Shown here one piece after another: positions 1 through 13,100 of a stretch of DNA of 64,000 nt. The stretch spans positions 29,326,001-29,390,000 of the forward strand of contig OZ024745.1 in assembly GCA_964016885.1 (NCBI GenBank), in the 5' to 3' direction. Origin of the DNA: Eledone cirrhosa (Eukaryota). Below the pieces are notes generated by a model, which was not told where the DNA came from, searched no databases, and saw nothing but the letters and a program-made list of their open reading frames with translations. A program made the position numbers and the translations under genes. Every line of letters begins with the position of its first letter. Position 1 is the first letter of the stretch.

Positions 1-35
<35 letters not shown>

Positions 36-37
<2 letters not shown>

Positions 38-406
38 TCATCATCATCATTTTATGTCCGCTTTTCCCTGCTTGCAAGGGTGGGATGGGAACTGATTCTG
101 GCTTGATTTCTACAGCTGGATGCCCTTCCTAACACCAACCTCATTTACAGTGAGTGCTGGGTGCTTTTTTTCCATGGTGCCTACACGTCCACTTTACAGT
201 GTGGGCTGGGTGCTTTTTTGCCGTGACACCTCCACGACCACTTTGCAGTGGAATGATAGGGACCCCAGTCCCTATCATCTCATTTCTGGAGCAATGTGAA
301 ATAAAGTGTCTTGCTCAAGGAAACAACACATCACCCGGTCTGAGAATTGAACTCACAACCTTTTAATTGCAAGGCCAATGCTCTAACCACTAAGCCATGT
401 GCCTCC
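36..406 (-). mobile_element. tRNA-derived SINE (family A) with RTE-derived body and tail
   Basis: The minus strand starts GGAGGCACATGGCTTAGTGGTTAGAGC (A box) … GGTTGTGAGTTCAATTCTC (B box), followed by TTCCTTGAGCAAGACACTTTA, then TTAGGAAGGGCATCCAGCTGTAG. It ends CTTGCAAGCAGGGAAAAGCGGACATAAAA(TGA)n, matching the RTE 3' end at 55110-55160. Three more copies are in the window. Confidence 0.88.
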
Positions 407-423
407 ATCTGTGTGTGTGTATA

Positions 424-487
<64 letters not shown>

Positions 488-2002
488 CATATATACACAC
501 ATTGTTTCTGAGGATAGACAACATAATAGATGTCCTTTTACGGGGTTAATCGTATGGTGTTACATAACATCGATTGATTAGTTTGCACATTGGTCATTTT
601 TCTTTTTTTTAGTTCTTTGAAACGATGGTAAAACATGTCAGAGTAAAAACAAGAGACACTGTCCTCTCACCCATCCCCTATTTCCTCTACTCTTCCTTCT
701 CCCCCCACCCTGAAAGATGTGAGGTGTAGCAGTGATCACTGTAACAATAATAAGGTACCACCACCACCACCACCACCCTACCTGCACCAATACCTTAACC
801 TCCACTATCAATATGTAAAACACCACCAACCACTACCACCACCACTAACTCAGCCACGCCCACCACCACCACCACAAAACTATTCCAGTTCTTGAAATGT
901 GAGATTATTGAAGCAAATTTAGTTGCAACAGTGTGTTGCTATATATGAAGCTAATGTTATGGGTGTGTGTTCTGTAGTATATGTATATCTGTGTATGTGT
1001 GTCTACTAATGCATATGTAATAGTACGTATGTATGTGTGTAATTTTGTGTGTGTATGTGATGTATTATATGAGTATGTGTCTATTGCAGTACATATATGT
1101 ATGTGTGTCTGATGTGTTGTATGTAGTATATGTATTTAATATGTGTGTGCGCGCGCGCAATGGTATGTATGTGTCTGTGCAGCAGTTCATATGTTTTCAC
1201 TAGTGTGTTGAGCAGTGATATATGTAGTACTGCAGTGTATGTGCTGTGGTACATATGTGTGTGTTGCTGTGCTACATGTGTGTGTGTGTGTTGCTGTGCT
1301 ACATGTTTGTCACTGTTTCCATTACCAGAATATATTCTTGCTTTCATCTTTGTTAACCCTTTTGCTACTAACACAACAAAAACTGACTCTGGTTCTGTAA
1401 AACACAACCAACCCATTTTAAAGGGTTTCTATTTATATTAAAATGTACAACATAATTATATTAAAAAGTCATATGTTAAAATGCTATTTTAGTAAATCCC
1501 TTAAAATGTTTCATTAATTAACTGAAAAAGAGTCTATTTCATTAGGAGTATGAGCATGGAAAGGTTAAAGTGTTATTTGAATTAAAATCTTCCAACATAA
1601 TTTCATATAAGAAGCCATTTGTTAAGTTAATATCTTAATAGTTTTAGCAAATAAATTCCTCAAAATTCTTCATTATTTGAAATAGAGAATTTCATTAGGA
1701 ATTTGGTCACGAAATGTTTAATATACCCAATTTCACCACTATTACCTTGCTGTAAACACCACCACCACCACCTCATGCAACCCTTATCACTGCTTTACCA
1801 CCACTACCAGTGCTACCACAACCATCACCTCAATCACCACCTCCACCACTCATAATAACCACCACCACCTCATCCGCCACACCTACCTTCCCACAACCTG
1901 CAGCCTATCACAATGTGTTGCCATGGTTACAGTTTGGTGTCATCTTTAATTTGTTTTAATGAGCCACATAATAGACAAATCTTGTAGCATGATAATGCAT
2001 GT

Positions 2003-5000
2003 CTCTACATGGTAAAGTGTGAGTTTCTACATGGTAAAGTGTGAGTTTGTACATGGTAAAGTGTGAGTTTCTACATGGTAAAGTGTGTGTTTGTACATGG
2101 TAAAGTGTGAGTTTCTACATGGTAAAGTGTGAGTTTGTAGATGGTAAAGTGTGAGTTTGTACATGGTAAAGTGAGTTTGTACATGGTAAAGTGTGTGTTT
2201 CTACATGGTAAAGTGTGAGTTTCTACATGGTAAAGTGTGAGTTTCTACATGGTAAAGTGTGAGTTTGTACATGGTAAAGTGTGAGTTTGTACATGGTAAA
2301 GTGTGTGTTTGTACATGGTAAAGTGTGAGTTTCTACATGGTAAGGTGTGAGTTTCTACATGGTAAAGTGTGAGTTTCTACATGGTAAAGTGTGTGTTTGT
2401 ACGTGGTAAAGTGTGAGTTTCTACATGGTAAAGTGAGAGTTTGTACGTGGTAAAGTGTGAGTTTCTACATGGTAAAGTGTGAGTTTCTACATGGTAAAGT
2501 GTGAGTTTCTACATGGTAAAGTGTGAGTTTCTACATGGTAAAGTGTGTTTTTACATGGTAAAGTGTGTGTTTGTACATGGTAAAGTGTGAGTTTCTACAT
2601 GGTAAAGTGTGAGTTTGTACATGGTAAAGTGTGTGTTTCTACATGGTAAAGTGTGTTTCTACATGGTAAAGTGTGTTTCTACATGGTAAAGTGTGTTTCT
2701 ACATGGTAAAGTGTGTTTCTACATGGTAAAGTGTGAGTTTGTACATGGTAAAGTGTGTGTTTCTACATGGTAAAGTGTGAGTTTCTACATGGTAAAGTGT
2801 GAGTTTGTACATGGTAAAGTGTGTGTTTCTACATGGTAAAGTGTGAGTTTCTACATGGTAAAGTGTGTGTTTCTACATGGTTAAGTGTGAGTTTCTACAT
2901 GGTAAAGTGTGTGTTTCTACATGGTAAAGTGTGTGTTTGTACATGGTAAAGTGTGAGTTTCTACATGGTAAAGTGTGAGTTTCTACATGGTAAAGTGTGA
3001 GTTTCTACATGGTAAAGTGTGTGTTTCTACATGGTAAAGTGTGAGTTTCTACATGGTAAGTGTGAGTTTCTACATGGTAAAGTGTGTTTCTACATGGTAA
3101 AGTGTGTGTTTCTACATGGTAAAGTGTGTGTTTCTACATGGTAAAGTGTGTTTGTACATGGTAAAGTGTGAGTTTCTACATGGTAAAGTGTGAGTTTCTA
3201 CATGGTAAAGTGTGTTTGTACATGGTAAAGTGTGTGTTTGTACATGGTAAAGTGTGAGTTTCTACATGGTAAAGTGTGTTTGTACATGGTAAAGTGTGAG
3301 TTTCTACATGGTAAAGTGTGTGTTTGTACATGGTAAAGTGTGAGTTTGTACATGGTAAAGTGTGTGTTTGTACATGGTAAAGTGTGAGTTTGTACATGGT
3401 AAAGTGTGTGTTTCTACATGGTAAAGTGTGAGTTTCTACATGGTAAAGTGTGTGTTTGTACATGGTAAAGTGTGAGTTTGCACATGGTAAAGTGTGTGTT
3501 TCTACATGGTAAAGTGTGAGTTTCTACATGGTAAAGTGAGTTTCTACATGGTAAAGTGTGTGTTTGTACATGGTAAAGTGTGAGTTTGTACATAAGTGTG
3601 AGTTTGTACATGGTAAAGTGTGAGTTTGTACATGGTAAAGTGTGAGTTTGTACATGGTAAAGTGTGTGTTTGTACATGGTAAAGTGTGTGTTTGTACATG
3701 GTAAAGTGTGAGTGTATACATGGTAAAGTGTGAGTTTGTACATGGTAAAGTGTGAGTTTGTACATGGTAAAGTGTGTGTTTCTACATGGTAAAGTGTGAG
3801 TTTGTACATGGTAAAGTGTGAGTTTCTACATAGTAAAGTGTGTGTTTGTACATGGTAAAGTGTGAGTTTGTACATGGTAAAGTGTGTGTTTGTACATGGT
3901 AAAGTGTGAGTTTGTACATGGTAAAGTGTGTGTTTCTACATGGTAAAGTGTGAGTTTTTACATGGTAAAGTGTGTGTTTGTATATGGTAAAGTGTGAGTT
4001 TGCACATGGTAAAGTGTGTGTTTCTACATGGTAAAGTGTGAGTTTCTACATGGTAAAGTGTGAGTTTGTACATGGTAAAGTGTGTGTTTCTACATGGTAA
4101 AGTGTGTTTCTACATGGTAAAGTGTGTTTCTACATGGTAAAGTGTGTTTCTACATGGTAAAGTGTGAGTTTGTACATGGTAAAGTGTGTGTTTCTACATG
4201 GTAAAGTGTGAGTTTCTACATGGTAAAGTGTGAGTTTGTACATGGTAAAGTGTGTGTTTCTACATGGTAAAGTGTGAGTTTCTACATGGTAAAGTGTGTG
4301 TTTCTACATGGTTAAGTGTGAGTTTCTACATGGTAAAGTGTGTGTTTCTACATGGTAAAGTGTGTGTTTGTACATGGTAAAGTGTGAGTTTCTACATGGT
4401 AAAGTGTGAGTTTCTACATGGTAAAGTGTGAGTTTCTACATGGTAAAGTGTGTGTTTCTACATGGTAAAGTGTGAGTTTCTACATGGTAAGTGTGAGTTT
4501 CTACATGGTAAAGTGTGTGTTTCTACATGGTAAAGTGTGTGTTTCTACATGGTAAAGTGTGTTTGTACATGGTAAAGTGTGAGTTTCTACATGGTAAAGT
4601 GTGAGTTTCTACATGGTAAAGTGTGTTTGTACATGGTAAAGTGTGTGTTTGTACATGGTAAAGTGTGAGTTTCTACATGGTAAAGTGTGTGTTTGTACAT
4701 GGTAAAGTGTGAGTTTGTACATGGTAAAGTGTGTGTTTCTACATGGTAAAGTGTGAGTTTCTACATGGTAAAGTGTGTGTTTGTACATGGTAAAGTGTGA
4801 GTTTGCACATGGTAAAGTGTGTGTTTCTACATGGTAAAGTGTGAGTTTCTACATGGTAAGTGTGAGTTTCTACATGGTAAAGTGTGTTTCTACATGGTAA
4901 AGTGTGTGTTTCTACATGGTAAAGTGTGTGTTTCTACATGGTAAAGTGTGTTTGTACATGGTAAAGTGTGAGTTTCTACATGGTAAAGTGTGAGTTTCTA

Positions 5001-5955
5001 CATGGTAAAGTGTGTTTGTACATGGTAAAGTGTGTGTTTGTACATGGTAAAGTGTGAGTTTCTACATGGTAAAGTGTGTGTTTGTACATGGTAAAGTGTG
5101 AGTTTGTACATGGTAAAGTGTGTGTTTGTACATGGTAAAGTGTGAGTTTGTACATGGTAAAGTGTGTGTTTCTACATGGTAAAGTGTGAGTTTCTACATG
5201 GTAAAGTGTGTGTTTGTACATGGTAAAGTGTGAGTTTGCACATGGTAAAGTGTGTGTTTCTACATGGTAAAGTGTGAGTTTCTACATGGTAAAGTGAGTT
5301 TCTACATGGTAAAGTGTGTGTTTGTACATGGTAAAGTGTGAGTTTGTACATAAGTGTGAGTTTGTACATGGTAAAGTGTGAGTTTGTACATGGTAAAGTG
5401 TGAGTTTGTACATGGTAAAGTGTGTGTTTGTACATGGTAAAGTGTGTGTTTGTACATGGTAAAGTGTGAGTGTATACATGGTAAAGTGTGAGTTTGTACA
5501 TGGTAAAGTGTGAGTTTGTACATGGTAAAGTGTGTGTTTGTACATGGTAAAGTGTGAGTTTCTACATGGTAAGGTGTGAGTTTCTACATGGTAAAGTGTG
5601 AGTTTCTACATGGTAAAGTGTGTGTTTGTACGTGGTAAAGTGTGAGTTTCTACATGGTAAAGTGAGAGTTTGTACGTGGTAAAGTGTGAGTTTCTACATG
5701 GTAAAGTGTGTGTTTGTACATGGTAAAGTGTGTGTTTGTACGTGGTAAAGTGTGAGTTTGTACATGGTAAAGTGTGTTTCTACATGGTAAAGTGTGTGTT
5801 TGTACGTGGTAAAGTGCGAGTTTGTACATGGTAAAGTGTGTGTTTCTACATGGTAAAGTGTGAGTTTCTACATGGTAAAGTGTGTTTCTACATGGTAAAG
5901 TGTGAGTTTCTACATGGTAAAGTGTGAGTTTGTACATGGTAAAGTGTGTTTGTAT
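2003..5955. repeat. 22-bp minisatellite (TACATGGTAAAGTGTGAGTTTC) with 20-bp variants, ~4 kb
   Basis: Direct tandem periodicity. Variant blocks recur about 1.76-1.8 kb apart (ORFs at 3176/4976 and 3414/5172 are near-identical). Confidence 0.97.
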
Positions 5956-5983
5956 ACAATAATGTCTGTTTGTACATAATAAT

Positions 5984-6168
5984 TGTTTCTACTTTTGGCA
6001 CAAGGCCAGCAATTACCCAGTGCATTACTGGTACTTTATTTTATCGACCCTGTAAGGATGAAAGGTAAAGTTAACCTCGGTGGGATTTGAACTCAGAATG
6101 GCAAGGACCGTAACTCTATGCGTCAAAGCATGGCGTCCGACCCTCTACTGATACTGCCAATCCACCGT
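5984..6168 (-). mobile_element. tRNA-derived SINE (family B) with 17-bp target-site duplication
   Basis: Minus strand reads CGGTGGATTGGCAGTATCAGTAGAGGG…GAGTTCAAATCCCACCGAGGTTAACTTTACCTTTCATCCTTACAGGGTCGATAAAATAAAGTACCAG…AGTAGAAACAATT. TGTTTGTACATAATAAT flanks both sides (5967-5983 and 6169-6185). Confidence 0.88.
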
Positions 6169-7025
6169 TGTTTGTACATAATAATGTGTTTGTATACTAT
6201 GATGTGTTTGTACATGATAATGTGTGTTGTATATGATGATGTATGTTGTATACGATAATGTGTGTTGTATACGATAATGTGTGTTGTATATGATAATGTG
6301 AGTTGTATACGATAATGTGTGTTGTATATGATAATGTGTGTTGTATACGCTAATGTGTGCTGTATACGATAATGTGTGTTGTATACGATAATGTGTGTTG
6401 TATACGATAATGTGTGTTGTATATGATAATGTGTGTTGTATACGATAATGTGTTTGTACATGATAATGTGTGTTGTATACGATAATGTGTTTGTACATGA
6501 TAATGTGTGTTGTATATGATTGTGTGTGATGTACATGATAATGTGTGTTGTATACGATAATGTGTGATGTACATGATAATGTGTGTTGTATACGATAATG
6601 TGTGATGTACATGATAATGTGTGTTGTATATGATAATGTGTGTTGTATATGATAATGTGTGTTGTATATGATAATGTGTGTTGTATACGATAATGTGTGT
6701 TGTATATGATAATGTGTGTTGTATATGATAATGTGTGTGTACATGATAATGTGTGTGTACATGATAATGTGTGTTGTATATGATAATGTGTGTTGTATAC
6801 GATAATTTGTGTTGTACATGATAATGTGTGATCTACAGGATATTGTGTGTTGTATACGATAATGTGTGATGTACATGATAATGTGTGTTGTATATGATAA
6901 TGTGTGATGTACATGATAATGTGTGTTGTATATGATAATGTGTGTTGTATATGATAATGTGTTTACAATGATAATGTTTTGAGTTTGTATATAATGTATG
7001 TTTGTACATAATGTGAGTATTTGTA
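6169..7025. repeat. 21/19-bp minisatellite (TGTATAYGATAATGTGTGT[TG])
   Basis: Tandem periodicity, followed by (TG)n at 7030-7108. Confidence 0.93.
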
Positions 7026-7028
7026 CGT

Positions 7029-7083
<55 letters not shown>

Positions 7084-7174
7084 GTGTGTATGTCTGTGTG
7101 TGTGTGTACATATTTCATGTCAGATGTAGAGAAATTGGTGAACACCTGGAATCTTTAAACTTTGTATAAAGATT

Positions 7175-10100
7175 ATGGTATCTTGTTTCAGTCTTACCTG
7201 GGACTTGATGACACTGATGGTATCTTGTTTCAGTCTTACCTGGGACTTGATGACACTAATGGTATCTTGTTTGTCTGACCTGGGACTTGATGACACTAAT
7301 GGTATCTTGTTTCAGTCTTACCTGGGACTTGCTACCACTAATGGTATCTTGTTTCAGTCTTACCTGGGACTTGATGACAGTGATGATATCTTGTTTCAGT
7401 CTTACCTAGGACTTGATGACACTAATGGTATCTTGTTTCAGTCTGACCTGGGACTTGATGACACTAATGGTATCTTGTTTCAGTCTTACCTGGGACTTGA
7501 TGACACTAATGGTATCTTGTTTCAGTCTGACCTGTGACTTGATGACACTAATGGTATCTTGTTTCAGTCTTACCTGGGACTTGATGACACTAATGGTATC
7601 TTGTTTCAGTCTGACCTGTGACTTGATGACACTGATGGTATCTTGTTTCAGTCTGACCTGGGACTTGATGACACTAATGGTATCTTGTTTCAGTCTGACC
7701 TGGGACTTGATGACACTGATGGTATCTTGTTTCAGTCTTACCTGGGACTTGATGACACAAATGGTATCTTGTTTCAGTCTGACCTGTGACTTGATGACAC
7801 TGATGGTATTTTGTTTCAGTCTTACCTGGGACTTGATGACACTGATGGTATTTTGTTTCAGTCTGACCTGGGACTTGATTACACTTATGGTATTTTGTTT
7901 CAGTCTTACCTGGGACTTGATGATACTGATGGTATCTTGTTTCAGTCTTACCTGGGACTTGATGACACTAATGGTATCTTGTTTCAGTCTGACTTGGGAC
8001 TTGATAACACTAATGGTATTTGTTTCAGTCTTATCTGGGACTTGATGACACTGATGGTATCTTGTTTCAGTCTTACCTGGGACTTGATGACACTAATGGT
8101 ATCTTGTTTCAGTCTGACCTGGGACTTGATGACACTAATGGTATCTTGTTTCAGTCTGACCTGTGACTTGATGACACTAATGGTATCTTGTTTCAGTCTT
8201 ACCTGTGACTTGATGACAGTGATGGTATCTTGTTTCAGTCTGACCTGGGACTTGATGACAGTGATGGTATCTTGTTTCAGTCTGACCTGTGACTTGATAA
8301 CACTGATGGTATCTTGTTTCAGTCTGACCTGGGACTTGATGACAGTGATGGTATCTTGTTTCAGTCTTACCTGGGACTTGATGACAGTGATGGTATCTTG
8401 TTTCAGTCTGACCTGTGACTTGATAACACTGATGGTATCTTGTTTCAGTCTGACCTGGGACTTCATGAAACTAATGGTATCTTGTTTCAGTCTGACCTGG
8501 GACTTGATGACACTAATGGTATCTTGTTTCAGTCTTACCTGGGACTTGATGACACTAATGGTATCTTGTTTCAGTCTTACCTGGGACTTGATGACACTAA
8601 TGGTATCTTTTTCAGTCTGACCTGTGACTTGATAACACTAATGGTATCTTGTTTCAGTCTGACCTGGGACTTGATGACACTAATGGTATCTTGTTTCAGT
8701 CTTACCTGTGACTTGATGACACTAATGGTATCTTGTTTCAGTCTGACCTGTGACTTGATGACACTGATGGTATCTTGTTTCAGTCTGCCCTGGGACTTGA
8801 TGACACTAATGGTATCTTGTTTCAGTCTGACCTGTGACTTGATGACACTGATGGTATCTTGTTTCAGTCTGACCTGTGACTTGATGACACTGATGGTATC
8901 TTGTTTCAGTCTGACCTGGGTCTTGATGATACTGATGGTATCTTGTTTCAGTCTTACCTGGGACTTAATGACACTAATGGTATCTTGTTTCAGTCTTACC
9001 TGGGACTTGATGACACTAATGGTATCTTGTTTCAGTCTTACCTGGGACTTGATGACACTAATGGTATCTTGTTTCAGTCTTACCTGGGACTTGATGACAC
9101 TGATGGTATCTTGTTTCAGTCTTACCTGGGACTTAATGACACTAATGGTATCTTGTTTCAGTCTTACCTGGGACTTGATGACACTAATGGTATATGTTTC
9201 ATTCTTACCTGGGACTTGATTACACTAATGGTATCTTGTTTCAGTCTGACCTGGGACTTGATGACACTAATGGTATCTTGTCTTAGTCTTACGTTGGACT
9301 TGATGACACTAATGGTATCTTGTTTCAGTCTTACCTGGGACTTGATGACACTAATGGTATCTTGTTTCAGTCTTACCTGGGACTTGATGACACTAATGGT
9401 ATCTTGTTTCAGTCTTACCTGGGACTTGATGACACTAATGGTATCTTGTTTCAGTCTTACCTCGGACTTGATGACACTAATGGTATCTTGTTTCAGTCTG
9501 ACCTGTGACTTGATGACACTAATGGTATCTTGTTTCAGTCTTACCTGGGACTTGATGACAGTGATGGTATCTTGTTTCAGTCTGACCTGTGACTTGATGA
9601 CAGTGATGGTATCTTGTTTCAGTCTGACCTGGGACTTGATGACAGTGATGGTATCTTGTTTCAGTCTGACCTGGGACTTGATAACACTGATGGTATCTTG
9701 TTTCAGTCTGACCTGGGACTTGATTACACTAATGGATCTTGTTTCAGTCTGACCTGGGACTTCATGAAACTAATGGTATCTTGTTTCAGTCTGACCTGGG
9801 ACTTGATCACACTAATGGTATCTTGTTTCAGTCTTACCTGGGACTTGATTACACTAATGGATCTTGTTTCAGTCTGACCTGGGACTTCATGAAACTAATG
9901 GTATGTTGTTTCAGTCTGACCTGGGACTTGATCACACTAATGGTATCTTGTTTCAGTCTTACCTGGGACTTGATGACACTAATGGTATCTTGTTTCAGTC
10001 TTACCTGGGACTTGATGACACTAATGGTATCTTGTTTCAGTCTGACCTGTGACTTGATAACACTAATGGTATCTTGTTTCAGTCTGACCTGTGACTTGAT

Positions 10101-13100
10101 GACACTAATGGTATCTTGTTTCAGTCTGACCTGGGACTTGATGACACTAATGGTATCTTGTTTCAGTCTGACCTGTGACTTGATGACACTGATGGTATGT
10201 TGTTTCAGTCTGACCTGGGACTTGATGACACTAATGGTATCTTGTTTCAGTCTGACCTGTGACTTGATGACACTGATGGTATCTTGTTTCAGTCTGACCT
10301 GTGACTTGATGACACTAATGGTATCTTGTTTCAGTCTGACCTGGGTCTTGATGATACTGATGGTATCTTGTTTCAGTCTTACCTGGGACTTGATGACACT
10401 GATGGTATCTTGTTTCAGTCTTACCTGGGACTTAATGACACTGATGGTATCTTGTTTCAGTCTGACCTGGGACTTGATGACACTAATGGTATTTTGTTTC
10501 AGTCTTACCTGGGACTTGATGACACTAATGGTATCTTGTTTCAGTCTTACCTGGGACTTGATGACACTAAATGTATCTTGTTTCAGTCTTACCTGGGACT
10601 TGATGACACTAATGGTATCTTGTTTCAGTCTTACCTGGGACTTGATGACACTGATGGTATCTTGTTTCAGTCTTACCTGGGACTTAATGACACTAATGGT
10701 ATCTTGTTTCAGTCTTACCTGGGATTTGATGACACTAATGGTATATGTTTCATTCTTACCTGGGACTTGATTACACTAATGGTATCTTGTTTCAGTCTGA
10801 CCTGGGACTTGATGACACTAATGGTATCTTGTTTCAGTCTTACCTGAGACTTGATGACACTAATGGTATCTTGTTTCAGTCTTACCTGGGACTTGATGAC
10901 AGTGATGGTATCTTGTTTCAGTCTTACCTGGGACTTGATGACACTAATGGTATCTTGTTTCAGTCTTACCTGGAACTTGATGACACTGATGGTATCTTGT
11001 TTCAGTCTTACCTGGGACTTGATGACACTAATGGTATCTTGTTTCAGTCTTACCTGGGACTTGATGACACTAATGGTATCTTGTTTCAGTCTTACATGGG
11101 ACTTGATGACACTAATGGTATCTTGTTTCAGTTTGACCTGGGACTTGATGACAGTGATGGTATCTTGTTTCAGTCTTACCTGGGACTTGATGACACTAAT
11201 GGTATCTTGTTTCAGTCTTACCTGCAACTTGATGACACTGATGGTATCTTGTTTCAGTCTTACCTGGGACTTAATGACACTAATGGTATCTTGTTTCAGT
11301 CTTACCTGGGACTTGATGACACTAATGGTATATGTTTCATTCTTACCTGGGACTTGATTACACTAATGGTATCTTGTTTCAGTCTGACCTGGGACTTGAT
11401 GACACTAATGGTATCTTGTCTTAGTCTTACGTTGGACTTGATGACACTGATGGTATCTTGTTTCAGTCTGACCTGTGACTTGATGACACTAATGGTATCT
11501 TGTTTCAGTCTTACCTGAGACTTGATGACACTAATGGTATCTTGTTTCAGTCTTACCTGGGACTTGATGACAGTGATGGTATCTTGTTTCAGTCTTACCT
11601 GGGACTTGATGACACTAATGGTATCTTGTTTCAGTCTTACCTGGAACTTGATGACACTGATGGTATCTTGTTTCAGTCTTACCTGGGACTTGATGACACT
11701 AATGGTATCTTGTTTCAGTCTTACCTCGGACTTGATGACACTAATGGTATCTTGTTTCAGTCTGACCTGGGACTTGATGACACTAATGGTATCTTGTTTC
11801 AGTCTGACCTGTGACTTGATGACACTAATGGTATCTTGTTTCAGTCTGACCTGTGACTTGATGACACTAATGGTATCTTGTTTCAGTCTTACCTGGGACT
11901 TGATGACAGTGATGGTATCTTGTTTCAGTCTGACCTGTGACTTGATGACAGTGATGGTATCTTGTTTCAGTCTGACCTGGGACTTGATGACAGTGATGGT
12001 ATCTTGTTTCAGTCTGACCTGGGACTTGATAACACTGATGGTATCTTGTTTCAGTCTGACCTGGGACTTGATTACACTAATGGATCTTGTTTCAGTCTGA
12101 CCTGGGACTTCATGAAACTAATGGTATCTTGTTTCAGTCTGACCTGGGACTTGATCACACTAATGGTATCTTGTTTCAGTCTTACCTGGGACTTGATTAC
12201 ACTAATGGATCTTGTTTCAGTCTGACCTGGGACTTCATGAAACTAATGGTATCTTGTTTCAGTCTGACCTGGGACTTGATCACACTAATGGTATCTTGTT
12301 TCAGTCTTACCTGGGACTTGATGACACTAATGGTATCTTGTTTCAGTCTTACCTGGGACTTGATGACACTAATGGTATCTTGTTTCAGTCTGACCTGTGA
12401 CTTGATAACACTAATGGTATCTTGTTTCATTCTGACCTGTGACTTGATGACACTAATGGTATCTTGTTTCAGTCTGACCTGGGACTTGATGACACTGATG
12501 GTATGTTGTTTCAGTCTGACCTGGGACTTGATGACACTAATGGTATCTTGTTTCAGTCTGACCTGTGACTTGATGACACTGATGGTATCTTGTTTCAGTC
12601 TGACCTGTGACTTGATGACACTAATGGTATCTTGTTTCAGTCTGACCTGGGTCTTGATGATACTGATGGTATCTTGTTTCAGTCTTACCTGGGACTTGAT
12701 GACACTGATGGTATCTTGTTTCAGTCTGACCTGGGACTTGATGACACTAATGGTATTTTGTTTCAGTCTTACCTGGGACTTGATGACACTAATGGTATCT
12801 TGTTTCAGTCTTACCTGGGACTTGATGACACTAAATGTATCTTGTTTCAGTCTTACCTGGGACTTGATGACACTAATGGTATCTTGTTTCAGTCTTACCT
12901 GGGACTTGATGACACTGATGGTATCTTGTTTCAGTCTTACCTGGGACTTAATGACACTAATGGTATCTTGTTTCAGTCTTACCTGGGATTTGATGACAGT
13001 GATGGTATCTTGTTTCAGTCTGACCTGTGACTTGATGACACTGATGGTATCTTGTTTCAGTCTTACCTGGGACTTGATGACACTGATGGTATCTTGTTTC

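Noticed and set aside
7124-7169. Possible exon after TTTCATGTCAG encoding CREIGEHLESLNFV*
   Set aside because: Weak acceptor, stops in all frames before a good donor, and not phase-compatible with the NPDC1-like exons. It could be the terminal exon of another gene, but this is unsupported.
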